A stretch of DNA of 64,000 nucleotides from Candidatus Latescibacterota bacterium. GTDB taxonomy: Bacteria; Latescibacterota; UBA2968; UBA8231. The stretch covers positions 3,520,001 through 3,584,000 of the forward strand of contig OZ244561.1 in the NCBI GenBank assembly GCA_965217585.1, given 5' to 3'. Every line of letters begins with the position of its first letter. Within the stretch, counting starts at the first letter, position 1. The position numbers and the translations under genes were made by a program. Below are positions 28,988-38,550 of this stretch, piece by piece. Under the pieces are notes generated by a model. The model did no database searches and was not told the DNA's origin. It worked only from the letters and a program-made list of their open reading frames with translations.

Positions 28988-31900
28988 TTATGCCTGTGTC
29001 TCTGCAAACATTCGTCGCTTGAAGACAGGCTCTAGTGCCTTGGCCTCGCGGATGAATGAGTCGCCGTTGACATAGACCTCGTCCGCGCCGTCGGTCAATT
29101 TCTGCTCGGCCACGAACTCCTTGTCTCGCACCAGAGCCTCCTTGTTCCAGCCTTGGGTTTCTCGCCAGATGACGGCGAGCCGCTGCTGGTCAATCTGGCC
29201 GCGATAGACCAAGTATCGCCGGTCGTCGTCGTGATGTACTCGTCGCGTCTCGACGCGCAGGCCGAGCAAATAGTTGAATGTCTCCGGGATGTCGGCGACC
29301 TGTTGCCGTGTCTGGCCGTCAGCGTGGATGTTTAGAGTATAGCGGAAGGGCTGCGATAGCTTCTCCACGTTCAGCAGGGTCGCGCTACGCTTGGTTTCCC
29401 ATTGGAGCATGTACTTGAGCAAATAGTCGTCGAACTGCAACGCTTGCTGCGCGGAAACCTCGTCGAAGTCGATGTTGTTCAGCGCGTCCTCATAGCTTTC
29501 GAGGCGCATATACTTGACAATATGCGGCCCTCGCTCAGCCTCTTGAGGTGTTGCCATGCGCTTGGGCTTGCCGTCCTTCCATTCGGGCGTGAATGCGACC
29601 TTTTTGATACGCGGTAGGAGTACGGTGTCGAAGTGGTCGCCCATCTCGACAAGGATGAACTTGCGTCGACCACCATCCTCACGATTCAGGTTGATGACTG
29701 CGTGGCCGGTGGTGCCAGAGCCGGCGAAGTAGTCGAGGATCGTCGAAGCCTCTCTACTCCAATAACGAAGACAATCTATGATCAAGTGCATTGATTTAGG
29801 ATAGCTGAATCGTTGATCTCCGACAACATCAATGAGGAGCTTAGTTCCATGAGTTGTGGCAGAGTACTTTGAGTCAGCCCATAGCGTTTTGGGTTTCTTT
29901 CCTTTGGGCATTCTAGATTTCTTGACGATCTCGAATCTTCCCGCTTTTTCAATGACCGAAATATCGCCACTCTTAATGTCACGACGTGCACCGTCTGGAT
30001 TGTTACGCCAAATTCGCCGCTCCCCTTTTGGGTCAATAGGCCAGATTTCTTCAGCATCCTCGAACGAATCGACACTCACTCGTTTAGTGTTTCGGTCAAT
30101 GTAGAGCGGATACCACTGCCCCGGTCGGTCAGACGGACGCGAATTACCTCCCCTCCGACGCAGGTTGTCCCAAAGAAAAAATCCTGTCTCGTCCTTATGG
30201 TTATACGCTTCTCTCTCTTCGGTCGTCAGGTCGCGTACCTGCATTTCCGTTTGTTCAATATCGTTTGCGTAAACATGACAGTAGTCGTGACTGAGCGCAG
30301 GTGTATTGGGGCGTATGTTTTGTCCTGCGGGGTTTACTTCAATGGCAATAGTCGCAATTCGATTATCTTCTCCAAAACATGTGTCCAGAACACTCCGAAG
30401 TTTCCATGTTTCTGTATCATCAATAGCACACTGCAACACACCTTGCTTGACCAAAAGCAACCTCGCTATGGCCATTCGATTTTGGATCATTGCCAGCCAT
30501 GATGAGTGCTTGTATGCGTTCTTGTAAACAAACGTGTTTTCGCTCGTATTGTAGGGCGGGTCAATGTAGATGGTGTTCACCTGCTCCCGATAGCGTTCCT
30601 GCAATAGATTCAACGCCTGCCAATTCTCGCTGTGTATCAACACCCCATCCGTCATTTCCTCCAAATCGTCAAAGCCGCCCAACAGCCGATCCATAAAACC
30701 TTGACTGAAATGTTTGGAATCAAGGACAAGTGTGGAGTGCGCCTTCAAGAACGCGACACGCTTGCCCGTCTTGTCCTTGCCCGAGTTGAACAAGTCGATT
30801 TGATCTTCGTCAATGCTGAATAGCGCCTTCCACTCGTCCCACTGCGCCTCGCACCCGGCGATGTCGGCATAAAAGCTCTTGGCAATATTGCCCACAGTTA
30901 TGCAGTATTGCATCTCAGTGACGAACTTCCGTTTCTCCCACAACATTTTCTGGAAGTTCTCAATTTGGTCCAAAAAGTCGATAATCTGGCTACCGACAGC
31001 TTTGATAACCCGCATCATCTGAAACCAGCCCTCAGCGCGATCCTCGCCGGCCGTTTCCATCTGGTCGAGATTCAGCACCTCGTTCTTCAGGTAAAAATCC
31101 AACTCGCGGGAGAGAAAGCCCTTCAGATCCTTGTGAATGAAGAAGTCCGACGTGTTACGCCGAGTATATTGACGTAAGTGGTGTTCGAGAAAGGAGACGG
31201 CCTGACCATCGTCGTTTCGGGGTTTTTCACCTGTTAGGGCCGCCAGCGCATCAGGTGCCTTATCTAACTGCTTGGGAATCTCCTCCACAGCTCTAGTGAT
31301 GATGGTCTCCTGCTGATTCTTCTTGCCGTAGGTAATTCCCTCCTGTTCAGTCAGGGGCCGATACTCAAGCGGAATGTCGAGTCGCCTAGCCTCCTCGTCC
31401 CAAGTAGATGCCTCGGTGCACGGCAGAAAAAACCGCTTGTCGTCCTTGACGTTGTCCTGCTCGACGTCGGCGGCCTGAAGCTTGAAATGTACGGTGATGT
31501 CGCGCACTGCAAACGAATAATCACGGAAATGCTCGCCGGTCTTGATGTAGTATTGGTCGCTATTGGCCCAATGGAGATGCACTTCTTCGCCGTTGTACGG
31601 AATGGCGTAGCGTTGACGTTTGGAGTACCGACGCTTGGAGATGAAATCGCCGTCTTGGTAGTAGCGGCTAAAGAAGGCATACAAGTGGTTGAAGATCGCC
31701 GCTTCGAGAGCGTCGCGGCCTTGACCGCCTGCGGATTTCGCCTTCAACTCTAGGTATTCCTTACCAAGCGGCGTGCTGTGATACCTCTCTGCCAGATTCC
31801 CATCAGCATCGATGGCGTCGTCCCCAAGGTTTCCCCCAATTCGCTGACGAACTTCCTGTAATTCTTCCTCCGCCTGTGCTTGCTCGGCCAACGCGCCGCT

Positions 31901-32074
31901 GTCCAGTTGCTCGGCTACCGCTTTCGGCAAATCATCGGTTATGAATCGCTCAATGACCTCCCGCTTGCGGTTCATAATACTGTATATGCCAAAGTCCAAA
32001 TCGGCGCAGTCGAACTGGAACAACTCGCGCAAAAGCGTCTGGAACTTGGCGAGGGGATTGGTCATACTCATCAC
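28988..32074 (-). CDS. mod: Type III R-M methyltransferase (Mod)
   Basis: IYIDPPYNT, YPKS, LDYFAGSGTTG in beta-class order; long N-terminal extension. Confidence 0.93.
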   Translation of the reverse strand: MMSMTNPLAKFQTLLRELFQFDCADLDFGIYSIMNRKREVIERFITDDLPKAVAEQLDSGALAEQAQAEEELQEVRQRIGGNLGDDAIDADGNLAERYHSTPLGKEYLELKAKSAGGQGRDALEAAIFNHLYAFFSRYYQDGDFISKRRYSKRQRYAIPYNGEEVHLHWANSDQYYIKTGEHFRDYSFAVRDITVHFKLQAADVEQDNVKDDKRFFLPCTEASTWDEEARRLDIPLEYRPLTEQEGITYGKKNQQETIITRAVEEIPKQLDKAPDALAALTGEKPRNDDGQAVSFLEHHLRQYTRRNTSDFFIHKDLKGFLSRELDFYLKNEVLNLDQMETAGEDRAEGWFQMMRVIKAVGSQIIDFLDQIENFQKMLWEKRKFVTEMQYCITVGNIAKSFYADIAGCEAQWDEWKALFSIDEDQIDLFNSGKDKTGKRVAFLKAHSTLVLDSKHFSQGFMDRLLGGFDDLEEMTDGVLIHSENWQALNLLQERYREQVNTIYIDPPYNTSENTFVYKNAYKHSSWLAMIQNRMAIARLLLVKQGVLQCAIDDTETWKLRSVLDTCFGEDNRIATIAIEVNPAGQNIRPNTPALSHDYCHVYANDIEQTEMQVRDLTTEEREAYNHKDETGFFLWDNLRRRGGNSRPSDRPGQWYPLYIDRNTKRVSVDSFEDAEEIWPIDPKGERRIWRNNPDGARRDIKSGDISVIEKAGRFEIVKKSRMPKGKKPKTLWADSKYSATTHGTKLLIDVVGDQRFSYPKSMHLIIDCLRYWSREASTILDYFAGSGTTGHAVINLNREDGGRRKFILVEMGDHFDTVLLPRIKKVAFTPEWKDGKPKRMATPQEAERGPHIVKYMRLESYEDALNNIDFDEVSAQQALQFDDYLLKYMLQWETKRSATLLNVEKLSQPFRYTLNIHADGQTRQQVADIPETFNYLLGLRVETRRVHHDDDRRYLVYRGQIDQQRLAVIWRETQGWNKEALVRDKEFVAEQKLTDGADEVYVNGDSFIREAKALEPVFKRRMFAETQA

Positions 32075-32166
32075 CTTTTAAGTCAGGGTCAGTCCACTAG
32101 TAAGTCGCCTGAAACGGCGTGAAATTCAGCATATTGTGCTTATATCCAAATGCTACCGAATGGCCT

Positions 32167-32511
32167 TCACACGTGCAATTGCAAGTCGAACACGAGTTCC
32201 ATATTGGCCCACCACTCGCCCTCTTTGGCCTCGGGCACCTGCTGCTGAAAGGTCCGCATCAGTTCGTCCCACTCCTTCGCTTTGGGGTTTTGCTCGACGT
32301 AGCGCGGGAAGTCGCGGGCTGGATCGAATTCGTCAGTGGCGGTCATGTACATGAACATCCGCTGACCCAAGAGAAAGATTTTCATGTCGGTGATGCCGAC
32401 CTCGCCTAGCCCCTGAAGCGGCTCGGGCCAGGGATCGGCGTGATATGCTTTGTACTGGGCGATCAGCTCGGGATCGTCCTTCAACTCAATGGTTAGGCCA
32501 AAGTGTTGCAT
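32167..32511 (-). CDS. L-rhamnose mutarotase family protein
   Basis: ELKDDPELIAQYKAYH..PWPE...WWANMELVFDL. Confidence 0.85.
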   Translation of the reverse strand: MQHFGLTIELKDDPELIAQYKAYHADPWPEPLQGLGEVGITDMKIFLLGQRMFMYMTATDEFDPARDFPRYVEQNPKAKEWDELMRTFQQQVPEAKEGEWWANMELVFDLQLHV

Positions 32512-33833
32512 TGCGTTTCTCCTTGGTTTTCAGCGCGATAGGCTGCGGCCAAAAGCGACACGGGGTGGACGACGTCCACGGCGACTTGTGCGCGGCGGAC
32601 GCCGTACTGGAGTTGGATGGCGCAGCCCGTGTTGCCCGTAGCCACTGCGGTCGCGCCGGTCGCGCACACGTGCGCCATCTTGCGGTCGAGTAGCTGCATA
32701 GACAGTTCGGGCTGGGTGATGTTGTAGATGCCGGCGCTGCCGCAGCACCAGTCGGATTCTACCAGCGGCACGAGCTCCAAATTGGGCACGGCTTGGAGCA
32801 CCTCGCGCGGGGCCGCGGAAACCCGCTGCCCGTGCTTGAGGTGGCACGACTCGTGGTAGGCGACCTGTTGTGGAGGCATTGCGGCGCGGGGCTGGCGCAA
32901 GCCGATGTCGGCAAGCCACTCGTGGACGTCCTTTACTTTTGCGCTCCACGCCGCGGCCCGCTCCGCATAGGTGGGGTCGTCGGCTAGCAAGCGGTCGTAG
33001 TGCTTACAGTGCAAGCCGCAGCCACCGGCGTTGACGACGATTGCGTCCAAGTTCTCGGCATCAAAGGCGTCGATGTTGAGCCGCGCCTGCTGCCGCGCCT
33101 GTTCGACCGCGCCGTTGTGCGCGTGCAGCGAGCCGCAACACGCTTGGCCTTCCGGCAGCAGCACTTGGCAGCCGTTGTGCTGCAAGACGCATATTGTATC
33201 GGCGTTTACCTCGGCAAAGGATATGTCTTGGACGCAGCCGGCCAACAGCGCGACTCGGTAGCGCGGTGTGGGCGGATTCGCCTGCTGCAAACTTTGGCGA
33301 TACAACTGGTCGGTAAAGCGCGGGGAGATCTGCGGTGCCAGCGGCTCCAGGTCCCCCAAGCCAAAGGGCAGCAGCCTGAGGAGGCCGCTGCGGCGCGCCA
33401 GCGTTTGCAGGCCGCTGCGCTGGAATATGCGCAGCAAGCGCGCTACTGCCCGCAGGCGCGTCTGTTTGGCAAAAAGCCAGCCGAGGACCCAACGGCGCAC
33501 AAAATTCCGCACTGTGCCGTCGAGCAAGCCCTGCCGTTCCACTTCGGCGCGTGCATTTTCAAATAGCGCGGCGTAATCCACGCCAGCCGGGCACGCGGTC
33601 TGACAGGCGAGGCAGCCGAGGCAGAAGTACATCTCTTCGGCAAAGGTCTTACTTGCCTCCAACTCGCCATCGGCTATGGCCCGCATCATGGCGATCCGCC
33701 CCCTCGGCGAAGAGCGCTCGTGCAGGGTCGCGTCGTACGTCGGGCAGGTCGGCAGGCAGAGGCCGCAGTGCATGCACTGCTGGAGGACCGAGTAATCCAA
33801 GTCTTGGAGCAAGTTCAGGCCGTCGTCGCTCAA
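32493..33833 (-). CDS. glcF: Glycolate oxidase iron-sulfur subunit
   Basis: CMHCGLCLPTCPTY, CLGCLACQTACP, two CCG domains; TTG start overlaps the glcD stop. Confidence 0.9.
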   Translation of the reverse strand: MSDDGLNLLQDLDYSVLQQCMHCGLCLPTCPTYDATLHERSSPRGRIAMMRAIADGELEASKTFAEEMYFCLGCLACQTACPAGVDYAALFENARAEVERQGLLDGTVRNFVRRWVLGWLFAKQTRLRAVARLLRIFQRSGLQTLARRSGLLRLLPFGLGDLEPLAPQISPRFTDQLYRQSLQQANPPTPRYRVALLAGCVQDISFAEVNADTICVLQHNGCQVLLPEGQACCGSLHAHNGAVEQARQQARLNIDAFDAENLDAIVVNAGGCGLHCKHYDRLLADDPTYAERAAAWSAKVKDVHEWLADIGLRQPRAAMPPQQVAYHESCHLKHGQRVSAAPREVLQAVPNLELVPLVESDWCCGSAGIYNITQPELSMQLLDRKMAHVCATGATAVATGNTGCAIQLQYGVRRAQVAVDVVHPVSLLAAAYRAENQGETQCNTLA

Positions 33834-35209
33834 TCGAACATATTCCCTGGGTTTAGGATGCCCTTGGGGTCGAAGGCGGTTTTGACCCGCTTGAGAACTT
33901 CCAGCCCCACCGGCCCGAGTTGCCCCGGCAAGTAGGGCTTTTTGGCCAAGCCGACCCCGTGCTCGCCGGTGATGGTGCCGCCCAATGCCACGGCGTGGGC
34001 AAAAACCTCGGCCATGGCCTTTTCGACGCGGGCCATTTCCGCAGCGTCGCGCTCGTCGCACAGGAAGGTGGGGTGCAGGTTGCCGTCGCCGAAATGGCCG
34101 AAGGTCCCCACCCGCACTTGGTGCCGCTGGCCGACCTCCTGCACGTAGGCGACCATGGCCGCTAGCTCGCTGCGCGGCACGGTGACGTCCTCCAGCACGA
34201 CCGTCGGTGCCAGTCGCGCCAGCGCACTAAAGGCCGTGCGTCGGGCTGCGGCAAGCTGTTGGGCTTCTGCTTCTGAAGCGGCTAGCCGCACCGAGCGAGC
34301 GCCGCCCTCGCGGGCAATGGCCTCGATTTGAGCGGCCTGCTCGGCGACCTGCGCCGGGTGCCCATCTACTTCCATCAGCAGCACGGCCGCGCAATCCGTC
34401 GGTAGGCCAATGCCGGCGTGGGCCTCCACGCATTCGATGGTAGTGCGGTCGAGGAATTCGAGAGTGCAGGGGATGATTTTGTGCGCGATGATCGCCGAGA
34501 CCGTGGCCGCCGCCTGCGTCATTTCGTCGTAGAGGCCGAGCAAGGTCTTCTTGCTCGCAGGTGCCGGGACCAGCTTCAGCACGATCTTGGTAATGACCCC
34601 CAGCATTCCCTCAGAGCCGACGAAGAGATCCTTGAGCGTGAACCCCGCCACGTCCTTGACGCATTTGTTGCCGGTTTCCAACACCCGCCCGTCGGCTAAG
34701 ACGACCTCTAGCCCCATCACGTAGTCGCGCGTCACGCCGTATTTTAACCCGCGCAGCCCCCCGGAATTGTTGGCCACATTGCCGCCGATAGTCGAGATCT
34801 TGATCGAGCCGGGATCTGGGGGATAAAATAGGCCAGCGGCTTGGGCCGCGTCGGCGATCTGCTGAGTGAGAACGCCCGGTTGGACGACCATGACCAGGTT
34901 GGCCGCGTCCAACTCTAGGATTTGGTTGAGCCGGACCAAGCAAAGCGCGACCCCTCCTTGCGAGGGCACCGACCCCCCGGCCAACCCAGTGCCCGAGCCG
35001 CGCGGCACCACGGGTACCTCTCGCTGGTTGCACAGGGCCAAGAGTTGAGCTATCTCCTCCCGACTTTCCGGCAACGCCACGCAAGCGGGTCGCTGGTGCA
35101 GCAGAGCGGTCCCGTCGAAGGCATAGACGCTGCAATCCTCGGCCGAGGTCAAAAGCTGATCCTCGCGTAAAAAGGTGCCGAGATCGCTTATTAGGGCGGC
35201 GTGATCCAT
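33830..35209 (-). CDS. glcD: Glycolate oxidase FAD subunit
   Basis: PRGSGTGLAGG, YPPDPGS, GSEGMLG, GHFGDGNLH, GEHGVG. Confidence 0.92.
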   Translation of the reverse strand: MDHAALISDLGTFLREDQLLTSAEDCSVYAFDGTALLHQRPACVALPESREEIAQLLALCNQREVPVVPRGSGTGLAGGSVPSQGGVALCLVRLNQILELDAANLVMVVQPGVLTQQIADAAQAAGLFYPPDPGSIKISTIGGNVANNSGGLRGLKYGVTRDYVMGLEVVLADGRVLETGNKCVKDVAGFTLKDLFVGSEGMLGVITKIVLKLVPAPASKKTLLGLYDEMTQAAATVSAIIAHKIIPCTLEFLDRTTIECVEAHAGIGLPTDCAAVLLMEVDGHPAQVAEQAAQIEAIAREGGARSVRLAASEAEAQQLAAARRTAFSALARLAPTVVLEDVTVPRSELAAMVAYVQEVGQRHQVRVGTFGHFGDGNLHPTFLCDERDAAEMARVEKAMAEVFAHAVALGGTITGEHGVGLAKKPYLPGQLGPVGLEVLKRVKTAFDPKGILNPGNMFD

Positions 35210-35229
35210 TGCAGGCCTGGACGCAGTAG

Positions 35230-35922
35230 CTACAACTCGTCGGACAGGTGCTCGGTGCGGTTGAGATATTTGACGACTGTGGTGCCGCCGGGCGTGAGCG
35301 CGATGCGGGTGATGGCCGTGTTCTCGTGCTCGTAATAGGTGCCGTCGTCCAGTACCTGGTTACCTAGGGCCGAAAGCAACAGGCTCATAAAGCCGCCGTG
35401 GGTCACGAAGCCAATGCGCGTCTCTTCCCCTGCCCGCGCTAGCAAGTCTGCGGCTACGCCGATAGCACGGCGCTGGGCCTGCTGATCCGTTTCCTTGCCC
35501 GCGTCCCACCATCCGTCTTCGCCGACTTCCGCTGACGCGACGCTGGTGGGAAAACGCGCGGCAATTTCCGCCCGCGTCAGGCCGGGATAGCCAACGACTC
35601 CCCGCTCGCCGCCGTGGTCGAGGTAAATGCCACCCATCTCGTGAATAGCTACCCAGATCTCCGACTTCGATTCCATTGCCTGCCCGATCGCTTGCGCTGT
35701 GTGCAGGGTGCGGATCATTGGACTGCAATAAAGCCGATCGAAAAAGGGCCGATCCTCTGCGCGCTCGGCCGGGGCTAAGTGCAACCCTTCTGCTATATAC
35801 GAGGCTACCCGCTCGGCCTGTGCTCGGCCATTAGCGGTCAATTCGGGATCGGCGACGCGCTGGCTGACATCGGCTAGCGCATTGTTGGTGGACTCGCCGT
35901 GGCGGATCAGAAATAGGTCCAT
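35230..35922 (-). CDS. Histidine phosphatase family protein (in-frame duplicated N-terminus extends to 36000)
   Basis: LIRHGES, SPMIRTLHTA, VTHGGF; the inner ATG has the better SD (AAGGA). Confidence 0.88.
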   Translation of the reverse strand: MDLFLIRHGESTNNALADVSQRVADPELTANGRAQAERVASYIAEGLHLAPAERAEDRPFFDRLYCSPMIRTLHTAQAIGQAMESKSEIWVAIHEMGGIYLDHGGERGVVGYPGLTRAEIAARFPTSVASAEVGEDGWWDAGKETDQQAQRRAIGVAADLLARAGEETRIGFVTHGGFMSLLLSALGNQVLDDGTYYEHENTAITRIALTPGGTTVVKYLNRTEHLSDEL

Positions 35923-36022
35923 GGCATCCTTGACAGTAGTATGGTTATCGATCAGCGCATTGTTGGTGGACTCGCCGTGGCGGATCAGAAGCAAGTCCAT
36001 GGCATTCTTGACAGTAGTATGG
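35876..36022. repeat. Direct repeat of 69 bp (35876-35944 and 35954-36022)
   Basis: 78-bp offset, 4 mismatches by hand alignment; covers the start codon and the RHG motif. Confidence 0.9.
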
Positions 36023-36068
36023 ATAGTGGTTAGTGGTTAATGACCACCTATTTCCCACCACTAATGCT

Positions 36069-37556
36069 ATGGATATTAAAGTAATTCAAGGAGCCATTCA
36101 AGAACAGGACGCGGACGTCCTCGTGGTCAACCTCTTTGCTGGAGCGCGTCCAGGCGGCGCTACGGGCGCGGTTGACCAAGCCCTCGGCGGCCAAATCTCG
36201 GCGGCGATTGACTTAGGCGACTTCGAGGGCAAGGCCGGCCAGACCCTGCTGCTTTACACGCACGGCCAGATCCCAGCACCGCGCGTCCTCGTCGTTGGCT
36301 TAGGCGAGCAGGAGGGCTTTGACCTCGAACGGGCGCGCCGCGCCGCTGGCACGGCCATCGGCACCCTCGGTGGCTTGGGTGCCAAGAGCGCGGCCACCAT
36401 CCTGCACGGCACGGGCGCGGGCAACCTGCCCGTCGAGCCGGCCGCCCAAGCTGTGGCCGAAGCATCGCTGTTGGCGGCCTATCGCTTTGACGAGTACCGA
36501 TCTCACCCCCGCCCGCAGCCGTTGGCCAAGCTGCACATCGTAGAATTTGACTCGACTAAGCTCAAAGAGGCGCGGCGCGGTGTTCGCCGGGGCCGCGCTC
36601 TCGCCGAGGCCACCTGCCTCGCCCGCGACTTGGTCAACCATCCCGGCGGCGAAGTTACACCGGCCTACTTGGCCCGCACGGCCCGCCGCCTAGCCAAAAC
36701 CTACGATCTGCGCTGCCGGGTCTTCGGCGCAAAGGGTTTGGCCGAGCTAGGTATGGACGCCCTGATGGCCGTTGGTCAGGGCAGTGCCAATAAGCCGCGT
36801 TTCATTGTCCTTGAACACGGCCCCCACGAGGGTACTCCGCTGGTATTTGTCGGCAAGGGCATCACCTTCGACAGCGGCGGTCTCTCGCTCAAAACTGTTG
36901 AGGGCATCCGCACGATGAAGACCGACATGTCCGGCGCCGCTGCTGTCTTGGGCGCGATGCAGGCGGTGGCCGCGCTCGGCCTCAAACGGCGGGTCGTCGG
37001 CCTGATTGCCGCTGCCGAGAACATGCCCTCCAGCACCGCCTTCCGCCCCGACGATGTGCTGCGCACCCTCGCCGGCAAGACCATTGAGATCATCAGTACG
37101 GACGCCGAAGGCCGCCTCGTCTTGGCCGACGCACTGGCTTACGCCACCCGCTACGAGCCAACCGCGGTCGTCGATTTGGCTACCCTCACCGGCGCTTGCG
37201 TAATCGCGCTGGGGCATCACGCTTCGGGCCTGTTTGCCAACGACGACGACTTGGCGGATCAGCTGCTCGCCGCCGGGGAGCAGACTGGCGAGCGGCTCTG
37301 GCGTCTGCCGCTGTGGCCCGAGTATCGCGACCAGATCGACAGCGACATTGCCGACATGAAAAACTCAGGCGGTCGGCCAGCAGGTGCCAGTACAGCCGCG
37401 GCGCTTTTGGCCGAGTTCGCCGACTACTCCTGGGCGCACCTCGACATCGCCGGCACCGCTTGGTGCGAAAAGGCCAAACCCTACGTGCCGCGAGGCGGCG
37501 TCGGCATCGGCGTGCGCCTGTTGACCCAACTTGCCCTCGATTGGAGCCCATCATGA
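36069..37556 (+). CDS. pepA: Leucyl aminopeptidase (M17)
   Basis: VGKGITFDSGG, MKTDMSGAA, STDAEGRLVLAD, WAHLDIAG. Confidence 0.95.
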   Translation: MDIKVIQGAIQEQDADVLVVNLFAGARPGGATGAVDQALGGQISAAIDLGDFEGKAGQTLLLYTHGQIPAPRVLVVGLGEQEGFDLERARRAAGTAIGTLGGLGAKSAATILHGTGAGNLPVEPAAQAVAEASLLAAYRFDEYRSHPRPQPLAKLHIVEFDSTKLKEARRGVRRGRALAEATCLARDLVNHPGGEVTPAYLARTARRLAKTYDLRCRVFGAKGLAELGMDALMAVGQGSANKPRFIVLEHGPHEGTPLVFVGKGITFDSGGLSLKTVEGIRTMKTDMSGAAAVLGAMQAVAALGLKRRVVGLIAAAENMPSSTAFRPDDVLRTLAGKTIEIISTDAEGRLVLADALAYATRYEPTAVVDLATLTGACVIALGHHASGLFANDDDLADQLLAAGEQTGERLWRLPLWPEYRDQIDSDIADMKNSGGRPAGASTAAALLAEFADYSWAHLDIAGTAWCEKAKPYVPRGGVGIGVRLLTQLALDWSPS

Positions 37557-38545
37557 CTATTCGCACGATCCACGTAGGGGCTGGTGGCCGCGGCCGCTGG
37601 CCCCTAAACCGCTTCCGCGACCGCACTGACTTCGAGGCTGTCGCCTTAGTCGATGTTAGTGCAGAAAATCTCGCGGTGGCGCGGGAGACTACCGGCCTAG
37701 GCGAAGAGGCGTGTTTTTCTGCGCTCGCCGACGCCCTGCAAGCCGTCGAAGCCGACGCCGTGGTGGTCATTACACCGCCCGACCTGCACGCCGGTCAATG
37801 TATAGAGGCAGTCCGTGCCGGTAAGCACGTACTGGTCGAAAAGCCTTTCACCAAAGACCTCAGCCAAGCTCGGCAAATCGTCGCTGAGGCAGCCGAGCGT
37901 GGCCTCAAGGTCGCCGTCACCCAGAACGCTCGCTACTATCCGCCGGTCTTGACCATCCGTCGCCTACTGCAAAGCGGCGAATTAGGCCACCCTTCCTTTG
38001 GCCTGATGACCAAATACGGCTGGCGCCCGCGGGTTCACCATTCGGGCGCGGACCAACACGCCTATTTGTGGGAGCGCGGCATCCACGACTTCGACCAGTT
38101 GCGTCACCTGCTCAGCACCGAGCCGCGACGGCTGTTCTGCCACAGTTTCAACCCGCCCTGGAGCCCGTACAGCGGCGGCGCGGCCATCGACGGCTGGATC
38201 GAGTTCCACAACGGCACTACGTTCAATTTCCAATGCACCTTCGCCACCCACAAAGGCGGCTCTAGTTGGCGGCTGGACTGCGAGAAGGGTACGGTCGAAG
38301 AGATCTCCGGCGGCTTGGCGATCCGGCGGCCTGGAGCCGATGCAGACGAGATCGTGCCGATGGACGAAAACCCCCATCCCGAGGAAGTCCTCTTAGACGG
38401 CTTCCGCGACTACGTGCTCAACGACGTGGAGCCGTCCTTCTCCGGCCCGCGCAATTTGGCTACTGTGGGCCTGATCAACGCCTTAGGGGCCTCGTCAGAG
38501 CAAGGCGTGGTAATCGACTTCGACGAATATATGGCCGCCGAATAG
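37553..38545 (+). CDS. Gfo/Idh/MocA oxidoreductase
   Basis: VGAGGRG, GKHVLVEKP, GIHDFD. Confidence 0.88.
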   Translation: MTIRTIHVGAGGRGRWPLNRFRDRTDFEAVALVDVSAENLAVARETTGLGEEACFSALADALQAVEADAVVVITPPDLHAGQCIEAVRAGKHVLVEKPFTKDLSQARQIVAEAAERGLKVAVTQNARYYPPVLTIRRLLQSGELGHPSFGLMTKYGWRPRVHHSGADQHAYLWERGIHDFDQLRHLLSTEPRRLFCHSFNPPWSPYSGGAAIDGWIEFHNGTTFNFQCTFATHKGGSSWRLDCEKGTVEEISGGLAIRRPGADADEIVPMDENPHPEEVLLDGFRDYVLNDVEPSFSGPRNLATVGLINALGASSEQGVVIDFDEYMAAE

Positions 38546-38550
38546 AGGGC

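Noticed and set aside
32493-35209. glcD-glcF without glcE
   Set aside because: The two-gene arrangement is common in many bacteria.
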